Source of the DNA: an uncultured Klebsiella sp.
Lineage (GTDB): Bacteria; Verrucomicrobiota; Verrucomicrobiia; Limisphaerales; SXTU01
NCBI GenBank assembly: GCA_964496695.1
Contig: CAZCBE010000004.1
Location: 32,123-96,122, forward strand
Direction: 5' to 3'
Length of the DNA stretch: 64,000 nucleotides
In this document: piece after piece, positions 1-9,249 of the stretch
Position numbering within the stretch: the first letter of the stretch is position 1
Layout of the letters: each line of letters opens with the position of its first letter
Position numbers and translations under genes: made by a program
The notes under the pieces: model-generated
What the model was told of the DNA's origin: nothing
Database searches by the model: none
What the model saw: the letters and a program-made list of their open reading frames with translations, nothing else

Positions 1-1140
1 CGCGACGGCATCTCCACCGAGACCGGCCTGCTCAAGCAATGGCCGGCCGGGGGGCCGACACTGGCGTGGAAGGCCACCGGCCTCGGCACCGGCTACTCCA
101 GTGTCTCGGTCGTGGACGGCCGCGTCTTCACGATGGGCGATGGCCCCGATGGCGCGCGGGTGCTGGCGTTCAGCGCCAAGGATGGCAGCCCGCTCTGGCA
201 GTCCGAGGTCATCGGCAAGCCCGGCGGCAATTACCCCGGCACCCGTTGCACGCCGGCGGTGGATGGCGGCCTGGTCTATGCGCTCGCGCAATTCGGCGAC
301 TTTGTCTGCCTCGATGCGAAGACGGGCAAGGTGCAGTGGACCAAGAGCCTGCAGAAGGATTTCGGCGGCGGCTACGCGGGCTGGAACTACACCGAAAGCC
401 CCTTGGTGGATGGCAACAAAGTCCTGCTCACGCCGGGCGGCAAGAAGGGCGCGATGGTCGCGCTCGACAAGAAGACCGGGGCGCTGCTGTGGCAGAGCGC
501 GCAGTGGACCGAACGCGCGGCTTACTCGTCCATCGTCCCGTCGGACTTTGGCGGCAAGCGTCACTATGTGCAGTTCACCGAGGAGAGCGTCTCCGGCATC
601 GAGGCCGCAACCGGCAACCTGCTCTGGCGGGCACCGCGCAAAGGCGCCACCGCGAGCATTCCGACTCCGGTGCTCAGCGGTGATCTGGTCTTCGTCACCT
701 CCGGTTATGGGGTTGGCTGCAATCTCTTCAAGCTGAAGGCGGACAGCGGCGGGATCACCACCGAGGAGGTCTATGCGAACAAGAACATGGTCAATCACCA
801 TGGTGGGGTGATCCTGCTGGGCAAGCACCTCTACGGGCACTCGGACAGCGGTGGCTGGACCTGCCTGGAGATGAGCACGGGTGAAGTGGCGTGGAAGAAC
901 GGCGGCGTGGGCAAGGGCGCGGTCGCCTATGCCGACGGTCATTTCTACTGCCGTAGCGAAGGCAGCAAAGGCACGGTCGCCCTCATTGAGGCCACGCCCT
1001 CAGGCTACCAGGAAAAGGGCCGCTTCGATCAACCCGACCGCAGCGGCAAGAACAGTTGGGCGCACCCGGTCATCGCCGGCGGGAAGCTCTATCTCCGCGA
1101 CATGGACGTGCTGCTCTGCTACGATGTGAAGGCGAAGTGA
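1..1140 (+). CDS. PQQ-like beta-propeller repeat protein (BamB/PQQ-repeat family); 5' end lies outside the window
   Basis: Frame 1 is open from nt 1 (RDGISTETGLLKQWPAGGPTLAWKATGLGTGYSSVSVVDGRVFTMGDG...). It is paralogous to the two downstream genes, sharing the motifs WPQWRGP..DGIS, ALD.KTG..LW, NHHGG.IL..G.LYG and LLCYDVK. Stop at 1138-1140. Confidence 0.8.
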   Translation, partial: RDGISTETGLLKQWPAGGPTLAWKATGLGTGYSSVSVVDGRVFTMGDGPDGARVLAFSAKDGSPLWQSEVIGKPGGNYPGTRCTPAVDGGLVYALAQFGDFVCLDAKTGKVQWTKSLQKDFGGGYAGWNYTESPLVDGNKVLLTPGGKKGAMVALDKKTGALLWQSAQWTERAAYSSIVPSDFGGKRHYVQFTEESVSGIEAATGNLLWRAPRKGATASIPTPVLSGDLVFVTSGYGVGCNLFKLKADSGGITTEEVYANKNMVNHHGGVILLGKHLYGHSDSGGWTCLEMSTGEVAWKNGGVGKGAVAYADGHFYCRSEGSKGTVALIEATPSGYQEKGRFDQPDRSGKNSWAHPVIAGGKLYLRDMDVLLCYDVKAK

Positions 1141-1156
1141 ACTTCGGGGTTCGGTT

Positions 1157-1438
1157 TTGCTCAATACTGCGATGAGCGAACAGATCAAACTGCGGGATGG
1201 CGATGCCGTGCTCGTCATGGTGAAGGACGGCAAGCTGCTGCATCACTCGTGGAACATGGGACTGGCGCATGTCGAATTCGTGCGGCGAACCACCGGCCAG
1301 TTGCCCGAAGGCGCGTGGGTCGGCACGGTGTCCAAAGTGGAAGGCTCCATCGCCGCGATGACCTCGAAGTATTTCTTCGGCTACCAGATGCCGGCACCGC
1401 CGGAGGTCGCCGCAGTCGTGAAGCAGGCGTTCTGTTGA
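1157..1438 (+). CDS. hypothetical small protein (93 aa) in the spacer between propeller paralogs
   Basis: ATG ORF with strong G/C bias at third codon positions, typical of coding frames in this GC-rich DNA. No recognisable motif. It overlaps the alternative-start extension of the next ORF, but the real start of that gene is at 1459. Confidence 0.4.
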   Translation: MLNTAMSEQIKLRDGDAVLVMVKDGKLLHHSWNMGLAHVEFVRRTTGQLPEGAWVGTVSKVEGSIAAMTSKYFFGYQMPAPPEVAAVVKQAFC

Positions 1439-1458
1439 ACGGCAGCCCCTTTCATCCC

Positions 1459-2712
1459 ATGACCAAACCCATCCTCCTCGCCCTCGCTCTCGCTGCCACC
1501 GCTTCCGCCACCGACTGGCCGCAGTGGCGCGGGCCGGATCGCGACGGCATCTCCAAGGAGACGGGCCTGCTGAAGCAATGGCCGGCCGCCGGTCCGGCGC
1601 TGGCTTGGAAGGCCACAGGTGTCGGCATGGGCTTTTCCAGCGTCGTCATTGCCAAGGGCCGCATCTACACGATGGGTGACGTGGGCGACTCCGCAGTCGT
1701 TCTCGCGCTCGATGAGAAAGACGGCAAGCTGCTCTGGAAGACGCCGATCGGTGCTCCCTATCCGCAGGACAAGAGCCGCCCCGGCACCCGCTCGACGCCG
1801 ACGGTGGATGGCGATCTGCTCTTCGCGCTCGATCCCCACGGCGATCTCGTCTGCCTGGAGACGGCCACGGGCAAGGAGGTTTGGAAGAAGAACCTCTCCA
1901 AGGATTTCAACGGCCAGATGATGTCCGGCTGGCGCTACAGCGAGTCACCGCTCGTGGACGGGGACCGGGTGCTGGCCACGCCGGGCGGCGCGGGCGGAAC
2001 CGTGGTGGCCCTCAACCGGAAGACCGGCGCCACGCTCTGGCAGTCCAAGGCCGTGGCTGACAAGGCCGGTTACTCGACCATCGCGCCCGCTGAGATTCTT
2101 GGAGTGAAGCAGTATGTGCAGTTGACCGGAGCCAGTGTGTTCGGCCTCGCGCCGGCGAATGGCAACGTGCTGTGGCGGGCGGAACGGACCGGCAAGACGG
2201 CGGTCATTCCCACGCCGATCATCAATGGCACCGAGGTCTATGTCACTTCGGGTTACGGCGTGGGTTGCAATGCCTTTGCGGTCGCGAAGGACACGGGCGG
2301 CTTCAAGGCCAGTGAAATCTGGCTCGACGAATCCGGCGGCCGACCGATGGCCTCGAACATGGTCAACCACCACGGCGGCGTCATTCTGGTGGACGGGTAT
2401 CTCTATGGCTACTCGGACAAGGGCGGCTGGTCTTGCCAGAACTTCAAGACCGGCAAACTGGAGTGGGCGGCTCCCGGCGTGGGCAAGGGGGCGGTGGTTT
2501 GTGCCGATGGCTTGCTCTACTGCCGGAGCGAAGGCGGGGCCGGGATGGTGGCGCTGGTGGAAGCGAACCCGAAGGCGTATGTCGAGAAGGGGCGCTTCAG
2601 CCAGCCGGACCGGAGCAGCTACAACAGTTGGGCGCATCCCGTGGTGGCCAATGGCAAGCTCTACCTCCGCGACATGGACGTGCTGCTCTGCTACGACGTG
2701 AAGGGAAAGTGA
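1459..2712 (+). CDS. secreted PQQ-like beta-propeller repeat protein (paralog 2)
   Basis: Start taken at ATG 1459 (MTKPILLALALAATASA = signal peptide) rather than the upstream in-frame extension. Propeller-blade motifs are repeated: DWPQWRGPDRDGIS, ALDEKDGKLLW, ALNRKTGATLW, NHHGGVILVDGYLYG. Confidence 0.85.
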   Translation: MTKPILLALALAATASATDWPQWRGPDRDGISKETGLLKQWPAAGPALAWKATGVGMGFSSVVIAKGRIYTMGDVGDSAVVLALDEKDGKLLWKTPIGAPYPQDKSRPGTRSTPTVDGDLLFALDPHGDLVCLETATGKEVWKKNLSKDFNGQMMSGWRYSESPLVDGDRVLATPGGAGGTVVALNRKTGATLWQSKAVADKAGYSTIAPAEILGVKQYVQLTGASVFGLAPANGNVLWRAERTGKTAVIPTPIINGTEVYVTSGYGVGCNAFAVAKDTGGFKASEIWLDESGGRPMASNMVNHHGGVILVDGYLYGYSDKGGWSCQNFKTGKLEWAAPGVGKGAVVCADGLLYCRSEGGAGMVALVEANPKAYVEKGRFSQPDRSSYNSWAHPVVANGKLYLRDMDVLLCYDVKGK

Positions 2713-2747
2713 GCTTCACCGTCTGTTCTTCAGCACGCCACCGCACC

Positions 2748-4022
2748 ATGAAACCACACGCCTGTCTTGCCCTCATGTTTGCCTTCGTTCTCTCCGCCTC
2801 CGCCTCCGCGCCGGACTGGCCGCAATGGCGCGGCCCCAAGCAGGACGGCATCTCGCCAGAGAAGGGGCTGCTCAAGGAATGGCCCAGCGACGGTCCGCCG
2901 CTGGCGTGGCGCATGAAGGGCGTGGGCACCGGCATGTCCAGCGTGTCCATCGCGAATGGCCGGCTTTACACCTTGGGCAAGCGCAATCGCGATGGGGCGC
3001 AGGGCGTCTATGTCACCGCGCTGAATCTCGCCGACGGCAAGGAGCTCTGGGCCACGGCCATCACCACCGGAGGCGGCCCCAATCCCAACGGCACGCCCAC
3101 CGTGGATGGGAAACTGCTATACGCGGTGGGCAACAACGGTGATCTCGCCTGCCTCGAGACCGACACCGGCAAGCTCGTCTGGAAGAAGAACTACGCGACC
3201 GATTTCGGCGGCAAGTGCATGTCCGGCTGGGGCTACAGCGAGTCCCCGCTCGTGGACGGGGACCGCCTGATCTGCGTCCCCGGTGCGCCGGATGCCGGCA
3301 TCGCCGCGCTGAACAAGAAGACCGGCGAAGTCATCTGGAAGGCGGCAGTTCCCAAACTCGGCAGCGCGGGCCTCGAAGGTGCGGGCTACACCGGCGTGGT
3401 CATCTCGCAGGGCGCGGGCGTGAAGCAATACGTCACGCTCACCGGCCGCGGTCTCGTGGGAGTGCGGGCAGGCGACGGCAAGTTCCTTTGGGGTTACAAC
3501 CGCATCGCCAACCAAACTGCTGACATCCCCACGCCGATTGTGAAGGGCGACTATGTCTTTGGCTCCAGCGGCTACGGCGACGGCGGCACCGCGCTGGTGA
3601 AGCTCACGAAGGACGGCGAGGGCGTGAAGGCGGAGGAGGTCTATTACCTCAAGGCCAACGAGCTGCAAAACCACCACGGCGGCATGATCCTCCTCGGCGA
3701 CCACGTTTACATGGGCCACGGCCACAACAACGGCTTTCCCACCTGCGTCGAGTTGATGACTGGCAAGGTTGTCTGGGGCAAGGAGCGCGGGCCGGGCAGC
3801 GGCTCGGCGGCGATTGTGATGGCGGACGGTCATCTCTACTTCCGCTATGAGAGCGGCGTGATGGCGCTCATCGAGGCCACACCCAAGAGCTACAACCTGA
3901 AAAGCTCCTTCATGCTCGCCAGCAAGGTTTCCCAAAGCTGGCCGCACCCGGTCATCCACGACGGCAAGCTCTACATCCGGGACCAGGACAACCTGCTGTG
4001 CTATGACGTGAAGGCGAAGTAG
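2748..4022 (+). CDS. secreted PQQ-like beta-propeller repeat protein (paralog 3)
   Basis: ATG at 2748 (MKPHACLALMFAFVLSASASA signal peptide), in frame with ORF 2433-4022. Same motif set as paralogs 1 and 2 (DWPQWRGPKQDGIS, ALNKKTGEVIW, NHHGGMILLGDHVY, LLCYDVKAK). Confidence 0.85.
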   Translation: MKPHACLALMFAFVLSASASAPDWPQWRGPKQDGISPEKGLLKEWPSDGPPLAWRMKGVGTGMSSVSIANGRLYTLGKRNRDGAQGVYVTALNLADGKELWATAITTGGGPNPNGTPTVDGKLLYAVGNNGDLACLETDTGKLVWKKNYATDFGGKCMSGWGYSESPLVDGDRLICVPGAPDAGIAALNKKTGEVIWKAAVPKLGSAGLEGAGYTGVVISQGAGVKQYVTLTGRGLVGVRAGDGKFLWGYNRIANQTADIPTPIVKGDYVFGSSGYGDGGTALVKLTKDGEGVKAEEVYYLKANELQNHHGGMILLGDHVYMGHGHNNGFPTCVELMTGKVVWGKERGPGSGSAAIVMADGHLYFRYESGVMALIEATPKSYNLKSSFMLASKVSQSWPHPVIHDGKLYIRDQDNLLCYDVKAK

Positions 4023-4035
4023 GCCCGTGCTCCTT

Positions 4036-4743
4036 ATGTATTCTGTGATGAAATCAGCCTTTGCTCTGCTCCTCTGCTCGGTTGCGTTCGCAACCTTGCC
4101 CGCCGCCGATGCCCCGGTCACGAAGCTGATCAACGGCAAAGACCTCGACGCCTTCACGGTCTTCATGAAGGACTCGGGCAACACCGACCCGGACAAGGTC
4201 TTTACCGTGCGCGACGGCATGCTCTTCATCAGCGGCCAGCGCAATGGCTACCTGGCCACCAAACGCGAGTTCGCGAACTACCGGCTCGTGGCCGAGTTCA
4301 AGTGGGGCGAAAAGAACTGGCCGCCGCGCGACCAGAAGACCCGCAACAGCGGCATTTTCATCCACGCCCAGCCGGGCGACAAAATCATGCCGCCATCCTT
4401 TGAAATTCAGATTCAGGAGGGCGGCACGGGCGATACCATCCCCATCAGCGGCACGTCGCTCACGCAGGGCGGTGAGACGAAGACCAAGGGCCGTTTTGAT
4501 CGCCCAGGCCGGGAGCCGTTCAAGGACGTGCTCGGTTTCCGTGGGCCGAACGAAGTGGAGAAGCCGCTCGGCGAATGGAACACCGTGGAGATCATCGCCG
4601 ATGGCGACCGCCTCAAGGTCAGCGTGAATGGCAAGGTGATGTTCGACGGCACGCAGGCCAAGCCCGACAAGGGCCGCATCCTCATCGAGTGCGCCTACGC
4701 CGAAATGTGGTGGCGGAAGGTGGACGTGCATCCGCTGAAATAG
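4036..4743 (+). CDS. DUF1080 (LamG-like jellyroll, 3-keto-disaccharide-hydrolase-like) domain protein, secreted
   Basis: N-terminal signal peptide (MKSAFALLLCSVAFATLPAA). It carries motifs typical of the DUF1080 family (KDLDAFTVF...DGML...GYLATKREFANYRL..EFKW...NSGIF...GDRLKVSVNGK). First ATG at 4036; the track ORF begins at an upstream GTG (4027). Confidence 0.75.
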   Translation: MYSVMKSAFALLLCSVAFATLPAADAPVTKLINGKDLDAFTVFMKDSGNTDPDKVFTVRDGMLFISGQRNGYLATKREFANYRLVAEFKWGEKNWPPRDQKTRNSGIFIHAQPGDKIMPPSFEIQIQEGGTGDTIPISGTSLTQGGETKTKGRFDRPGREPFKDVLGFRGPNEVEKPLGEWNTVEIIADGDRLKVSVNGKVMFDGTQAKPDKGRILIECAYAEMWWRKVDVHPLK

Positions 4744-4883
4744 GTTCGGAGTCCCGCCTTCAGGCGGCGGAACATCCGATCGTCAGTGCTGCTACGCGCG
4801 AGTCGTCCGTTTTCATCAGTGCCCTTGTTGGGTTTCAGTGAACTCGCTTGAAGCATTCGCCTTTGAAACCAGTCCTTACTTCG

Positions 4884-6257
4884 ATGCCGAATGTGAACGC
4901 CAGCGCAGCCAACCCGCTCGCGGCGAACCACTTTTCCCGCCGCAGCTTCGTGCGCGGCGTCGGGGCATCGCTCTTCCCCTTGGCCGCCGGCTGGTCGCAC
5001 GCCGCGGGCATGGGGCCGCTCCGCACGGGCAAGGCCAAGTCGGTCATCATGATCTTCAACGGGGGCGCGCCCAGCCACCTGGACTTGTGGGACCCGAAGC
5101 CCGATGCCGCCGATGACATTCGCGGTCCGTTCCGGCCGATCAAGACGAACGTCACCGGCACACATATCTCGGAGCTGCTCCCGCGCATGGCCAAGCGGAT
5201 GGACAAGGTGGCGCTCATCCGCTCGGTCCATCACAAGCACAGCAGCCACAATGGCGGCATGCACTGGGCCACCGTGGGCCGGCCCTACGTGGTGGACAGC
5301 ACGCTAATCACGCCCAGCCGCACGGACATCCCGTGCTTCGGCACGCTCATCGGCTGGCTCGCGCGACGCGATGGCTACAGTGAAGGCGTGCCGCCCTACG
5401 TCATCACGCCCTTCCCGCACTGCGACAGCAAGGTTTACCTCACGCCCGGCCAGTTCGGCGGCTGCCTCGGCGCGCGCTTCGATCCCTACGTGCTGGATGA
5501 CGATCCGAACTCGGCCTCGTTCAAGGTGCGCAATCTCGGCCTCGACGAGAGCCTGACCCCCGTGCGCTTTCAGGAGCGCCTCGGCCTGCTGCAGGAACTC
5601 ACGGTCAACGCGCCGAAGATCGCTTCGACGAGCGTGGCCGAGATGGATGTCTTCAATCAGCAGGCGGCCTCGCTCCTCCGCTCCGGCAAGGCGGCGGATG
5701 CGTTCGATTTGAGCAAGGAGCCCGCCTCCGTGCGCGAGCGCTACGGACGGCACAGTTGGGGTCAGTCGCATCTCCTGGCACGCCGTCTCATTGAATCTGG
5801 CACGCGCTTTGTCTCCACGGTGAACGGTCCGAGCATTACGTGGGACACCCACAAAGACAACTTCAACACCTTGAAGAACCGCCTCGTTCCGCCCATGGAT
5901 CAGGCCTACGCCGCGTTGCTCGATGACCTGGAAGAGCGCGGCCTGCTGGACTCGACGCTCGTCATCTGGATGGGCGAGTTCGGGCGCACGCCCAAGATCA
6001 ACGCCGATGTCGGGCGTGATCACTGGCCCGGCTGCTACAGCGTCCTGCTGGCGGGCGGCGGCATCCGTGGCGGTCAAGTGGTGGGGGCCTCCGATGCCAT
6101 CGGGGCGTATCCAAAGGAGCGGCCCGTGAGCCCGGCAGACATCCACGCGACCGTATATGCCGCGCTGGGCTACGACGCGGGCAACATCCACTTCATGGCT
6201 TCGGATGGCCGCCCGATGCCGCTCTGCGAAGGCACGCCGATCAGCGAAGTGCTCTGA
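4884..6257 (+). CDS. DUF1501 domain protein (sulfatase-like fold) with Tat signal
   Basis: First ATG at 4884 gives MPNVNASAANPLAANHFSRRSFVRGVGASLFPLAAG (twin-arginine motif). The ORF is long, with conserved DUF1501-type blocks (GGAPSHLDLWDPKPDA, GEFGRTPKIN...RDHW). A second paralog lies at 35321. Confidence 0.85.
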   Translation: MPNVNASAANPLAANHFSRRSFVRGVGASLFPLAAGWSHAAGMGPLRTGKAKSVIMIFNGGAPSHLDLWDPKPDAADDIRGPFRPIKTNVTGTHISELLPRMAKRMDKVALIRSVHHKHSSHNGGMHWATVGRPYVVDSTLITPSRTDIPCFGTLIGWLARRDGYSEGVPPYVITPFPHCDSKVYLTPGQFGGCLGARFDPYVLDDDPNSASFKVRNLGLDESLTPVRFQERLGLLQELTVNAPKIASTSVAEMDVFNQQAASLLRSGKAADAFDLSKEPASVRERYGRHSWGQSHLLARRLIESGTRFVSTVNGPSITWDTHKDNFNTLKNRLVPPMDQAYAALLDDLEERGLLDSTLVIWMGEFGRTPKINADVGRDHWPGCYSVLLAGGGIRGGQVVGASDAIGAYPKERPVSPADIHATVYAALGYDAGNIHFMASDGRPMPLCEGTPISEVL

Positions 6258-6335
6258 GGCAGCAGGCGCGCGGCATTCATGCCGCTTCAAGTTGCTGCGC
6301 TCTTTGGTGTCCGATTGCACGGTGGCGTTTGAACG

Positions 6336-6785
6336 ATGAAGCGGCCTGAAGGCCGCGCTCCTCAACTCAATCGCCTCGCCCCACCCGCCTTCGCCATGAA
6401 ACCCGCCGCCAAGCCTCCGCCGGACTCCCCATTTCCCGCCATCTTCACCCGGCTGCGCGCCATCCTTGAGCCCTACGCCGCCCGGCTCACCGTCACAGCC
6501 AACGCGCCGGACCACTACTGCCTCGCCCTGGACTACAGCCCCAAGTTTAAGAAGGGGTTTCCCGTCGCCTGGGTGAAAATCAGCCGGGCCTACGTGAGCT
6601 ACCATTTCATGCCCGTTTATATGTTCCCGCAGCTCCGCGACGGCCTTTCGCCCAAGCTGCGCGCGCGGATGCAAGGGAAGTCCTGCTTCAACTTCAAGCA
6701 GCTCGACGAACCGCTCTTCGAGGAACTGGCCCGGCTCACCACCACCGGCCTCGCCACCGCGCGCAAATCCGGTGTGGCCGGCTGA
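6336..6785 (+). CDS. DUF1801 (YdhG-like) domain protein
   Basis: 149-aa ORF. The segment HYCLALDYSPKFKKGFPVAWVKISRAYVSYHFMPVYMFPQLRDGLSPKLRARMQGKSCFNFKQLDE resembles the DUF1801 fold family. The start could instead be the internal ATG at 6396. Confidence 0.6.
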   Translation: MKRPEGRAPQLNRLAPPAFAMKPAAKPPPDSPFPAIFTRLRAILEPYAARLTVTANAPDHYCLALDYSPKFKKGFPVAWVKISRAYVSYHFMPVYMFPQLRDGLSPKLRARMQGKSCFNFKQLDEPLFEELARLTTTGLATARKSGVAG

Positions 6786-7013
6786 CCCGGCTTCCGGCAG
6801 TCGAAGATTCAGCGGGTAGCCCATGCCACCCAGTTGCTTCGGATTAAATCCAGTTTGACACCCCCGCCCTCGCTCGCTAGAAATCCCACCATCAGCCAGA
6901 GGTCGGATGAGTGGGGAAAACCATCATTCAAGGTGTGCTCTGGTCCGCGACGCCGCCGGACCTGCGGCCCTTTCGTCTCCTGAATTCAGTGACCTCCCTG
7001 GCAGGGCCGACCT

Positions 7014-7292
7014 GTGGTCGGCCTCGTCTTCCATATCAACACCCTCCGCCTGCAACAGCAGCAAGCCACCATCAAGACCAACCGCGAACGCGAGGAAGTC
7101 CAGCCCGTCTTCACCGAAGCCCTGCTCGTCTGCCGGGACTTCGCTGAGATCACCGAATTCTTCTTCCGCAAAGACCTCGACGACGCCAGCCGCCGCCAAA
7201 AATGCGCACAATGGGGCGTCAACTACATCTTCGAGCCGAACGAACCCGGTGCGCCGCCGGCATCCAACCCGGCGACAGCGCCCAATACCTGA
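7014..7292 (+). CDS. hypothetical small protein (about 92 aa), non-ATG (GTG) start
   Basis: Open frame with very strong G/C bias at third codon positions (host-like coding signature), ending 32 bp before the AT-rich NTPase gene. No recognisable motif. The start codon is uncertain. Confidence 0.35.
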   Translation: MVGLVFHINTLRLQQQQATIKTNREREEVQPVFTEALLVCRDFAEITEFFFRKDLDDASRRQKCAQWGVNYIFEPNEPGAPPASNPATAPNT

Positions 7293-7324
7293 TTTCGGAA
7301 ACACCTTGAGCGCTTCAATATCTT

Positions 7325-8848
7325 ATGACTGAAAAGCCTCTATACGATAATTTACAGCACATTGATTTGGGCAACGGTGTGGCAGAGCACGATAATCTGT
7401 TACGAAAATGCCTTGTTGAGACTCAGCATTTTACCGACCTGCTGTTTGACCGCATTGATCTTGTGTTAGGAAGCAAGGGCGCTGGAAAATCTTCTCTCTT
7501 TAGAATATTTGGGGAAGTTCTGGAAGATACATTGTTCACTAGATGGAAGACGATAGCGGTGTCTGGAGTAGAGACTAAGGGTGATCCGATATTTAAGGCA
7601 TACGCTGCAAATTTTGAGAAGTTCTCAGAAAGCCAGTTCGAGGCGTTTTGGAAAGCATATTTGTTGGGCCTTGTCTATAACAAGATTTTCCATGATGAAC
7701 GAGCCGCTTCTGTATTCGCCAATTATCCAGAAGAACTCTCCAATTTCAGGAAACATTACGTAAGTCTTGGGTTAATCGATGTCGGTCGGCTATCTTCGCC
7801 GACGAAAGTTCTCAAGTTTGTTTGCGCCTTTACAATAGCTGCTATCGAAGGTGCAAAGGCGGCGTGGGACATGGAAAAGAACCAGCTTGTTTTTGGAGTG
7901 AATATCCGTGATAAGATAGACAAAGGGTATCAAGAGATCACCGTCCCTGATTTAGCCAACCTTGACACGGTCTTGTGCATCGACGCGCTGTCAGAACTTG
8001 TTCAAAAGAGTGGTTTTAAAATATGGATTCTTCTCGATCATCTTGACGTGGTTTTTAGAAGGCGTTCGCCCGAAGAAACTAAAGCCCTGCGAGCACTACT
8101 CAAGGTCTTATATGCCATGACCTCCGAACACCTTCGGTTGAAAATATTCCTGCGGGATGACATTCTGGATGCAATCAGCACTGATTCCATTGAACCTCTA
8201 GCGGGCGTCTCCCATATTACGGCTCGGTCTGGACCAAATCTAAAATGGACTTCCGATTCTTTATGCGTGATGATCATGAAAAGACTTGCCTCCGACTTCT
8301 GGCTCTCCACGAAGTATTCACTTGAAGCGGATAAGCTCGAAAGCGTTGATTATGCACGAGAAAGTTTTCAAAAGATCTTCGCCCTGAAATACGTGACCCA
8401 ACAGGCGTTTGATTGGATTTATTCGCTTCTCTCGGACGGACGCGGTGTCGTAACGCCACGCGATTTAATCGATTTGCTAAAAAAGGCCCTGCACATTCAA
8501 TCGCTTTGGCTTCAAAAGCACCCTGACAAGACAGAGTTTATGACTATTGTGGCAATCCAAGAAGCTCACAAGGAACTCTCTAAAAACAGGAAAGAAACCG
8601 TGCTTCAGACAGAGTTTTCCCACTTGAAGCATTGGATTGTGAAGTTGGAGAGAAACAAAGAACAGTATGGAAAGGATGAGCTTTCAAGCGTTTTCGGCGC
8701 GGATTGTGACAAGGCAATCTCCACACTGCAAGCGATAGGGGTGATACAGTTCGATCACAAAAAGGCCGCTTATCGTGTTGCCAAACTTTACGGACCTGGG
8801 CTGCAAGTCTATGCCACGCGAGCAAAGAGGCAGTCTAATGAAAGATAG
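7325..8848 (+). CDS. P-loop NTPase, KAP-family-like (Walker A GSKGAGKSS; Walker B-like ILLDHLDVVFRRRSPEE), horizontally acquired
   Basis: 507-aa ORF with ATG at 7325. Walker A is near residue 50. A long insert separates it from an hhhhDxLD motif followed by R..PEE..K.L..LLKVL. This matches the KAP P-loop pattern of a long Walker A-to-B spacer and DDLDR-type Walker B. AT content is much higher than the flanking DNA. Confidence 0.8.
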   Translation: MTEKPLYDNLQHIDLGNGVAEHDNLLRKCLVETQHFTDLLFDRIDLVLGSKGAGKSSLFRIFGEVLEDTLFTRWKTIAVSGVETKGDPIFKAYAANFEKFSESQFEAFWKAYLLGLVYNKIFHDERAASVFANYPEELSNFRKHYVSLGLIDVGRLSSPTKVLKFVCAFTIAAIEGAKAAWDMEKNQLVFGVNIRDKIDKGYQEITVPDLANLDTVLCIDALSELVQKSGFKIWILLDHLDVVFRRRSPEETKALRALLKVLYAMTSEHLRLKIFLRDDILDAISTDSIEPLAGVSHITARSGPNLKWTSDSLCVMIMKRLASDFWLSTKYSLEADKLESVDYARESFQKIFALKYVTQQAFDWIYSLLSDGRGVVTPRDLIDLLKKALHIQSLWLQKHPDKTEFMTIVAIQEAHKELSKNRKETVLQTEFSHLKHWIVKLERNKEQYGKDELSSVFGADCDKAISTLQAIGVIQFDHKKAAYRVAKLYGPGLQVYATRAKRQSNER

Positions 8849-8881
8849 TTTGTTGAGTTAAATGGCGAACGGACACACACC

Positions 8882-9249
8882 ATGCAATCCCAAGCCACCA
8901 CCATTTCCGAATACCTTGAGGAGCTTCCACCCGACCGTCGTGCCGCCTTGAGCGAGTTGCGCGCCCTCATCCACCGCGTCGCCCCCAAAACAGTCGAGGC
9001 CATGCAATACGGGCTGCCCGCGTTTGGCGACCTTTGCGCCCTGGCCTCCCAGAAGAACTACATGGCGCTCTACGTATGCGAGAGCGACCTCGTGCAGGCG
9101 CATCTGGCGCAGTTGGCAAGGTCAGTTGCGGCAAGGGCTGCATCCGCTTCAAGCGTCTCACCGACCTGAACCTGAGCACGGTGGAGAGTCTGCTGCGGGA
9201 GATTTTGAAGCGGCGCCAAGCCGGCATCGGCCCGAGCTGCGGCAGATGA
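8882..9249 (+). pseudogene. DUF1801 (YdhG-like) gene disrupted by a 1-nt deletion (frameshift near 9113-9120)
   Basis: Frame 2 ORF 8882-9169 (MQSQATTISEYLEELPPDRRAALSELRALI...YGLPAFGD...NYMALYV...QAHLAQL) continues in frame 1 (...GKVSCGKGCIRFKRLTDLNLSTVESLLREILKRRQAG, stop 9249). At ttggcaag a single G appears to be missing relative to ttgGgcaag. This is either a true pseudogene or a sequencing error. Confidence 0.6.

Noticed and set aside
3117-4244. 375-aa minus-strand ORF opposite propeller paralog 3
   Set aside because: Antisense to a gene with a clear signal peptide and repeated blade motifs.
5304-6824. 506-aa minus-strand ORF spanning DUF1501 and DUF1801 genes
   Set aside because: Antisense shadow ORF crossing two well-supported plus-strand genes.
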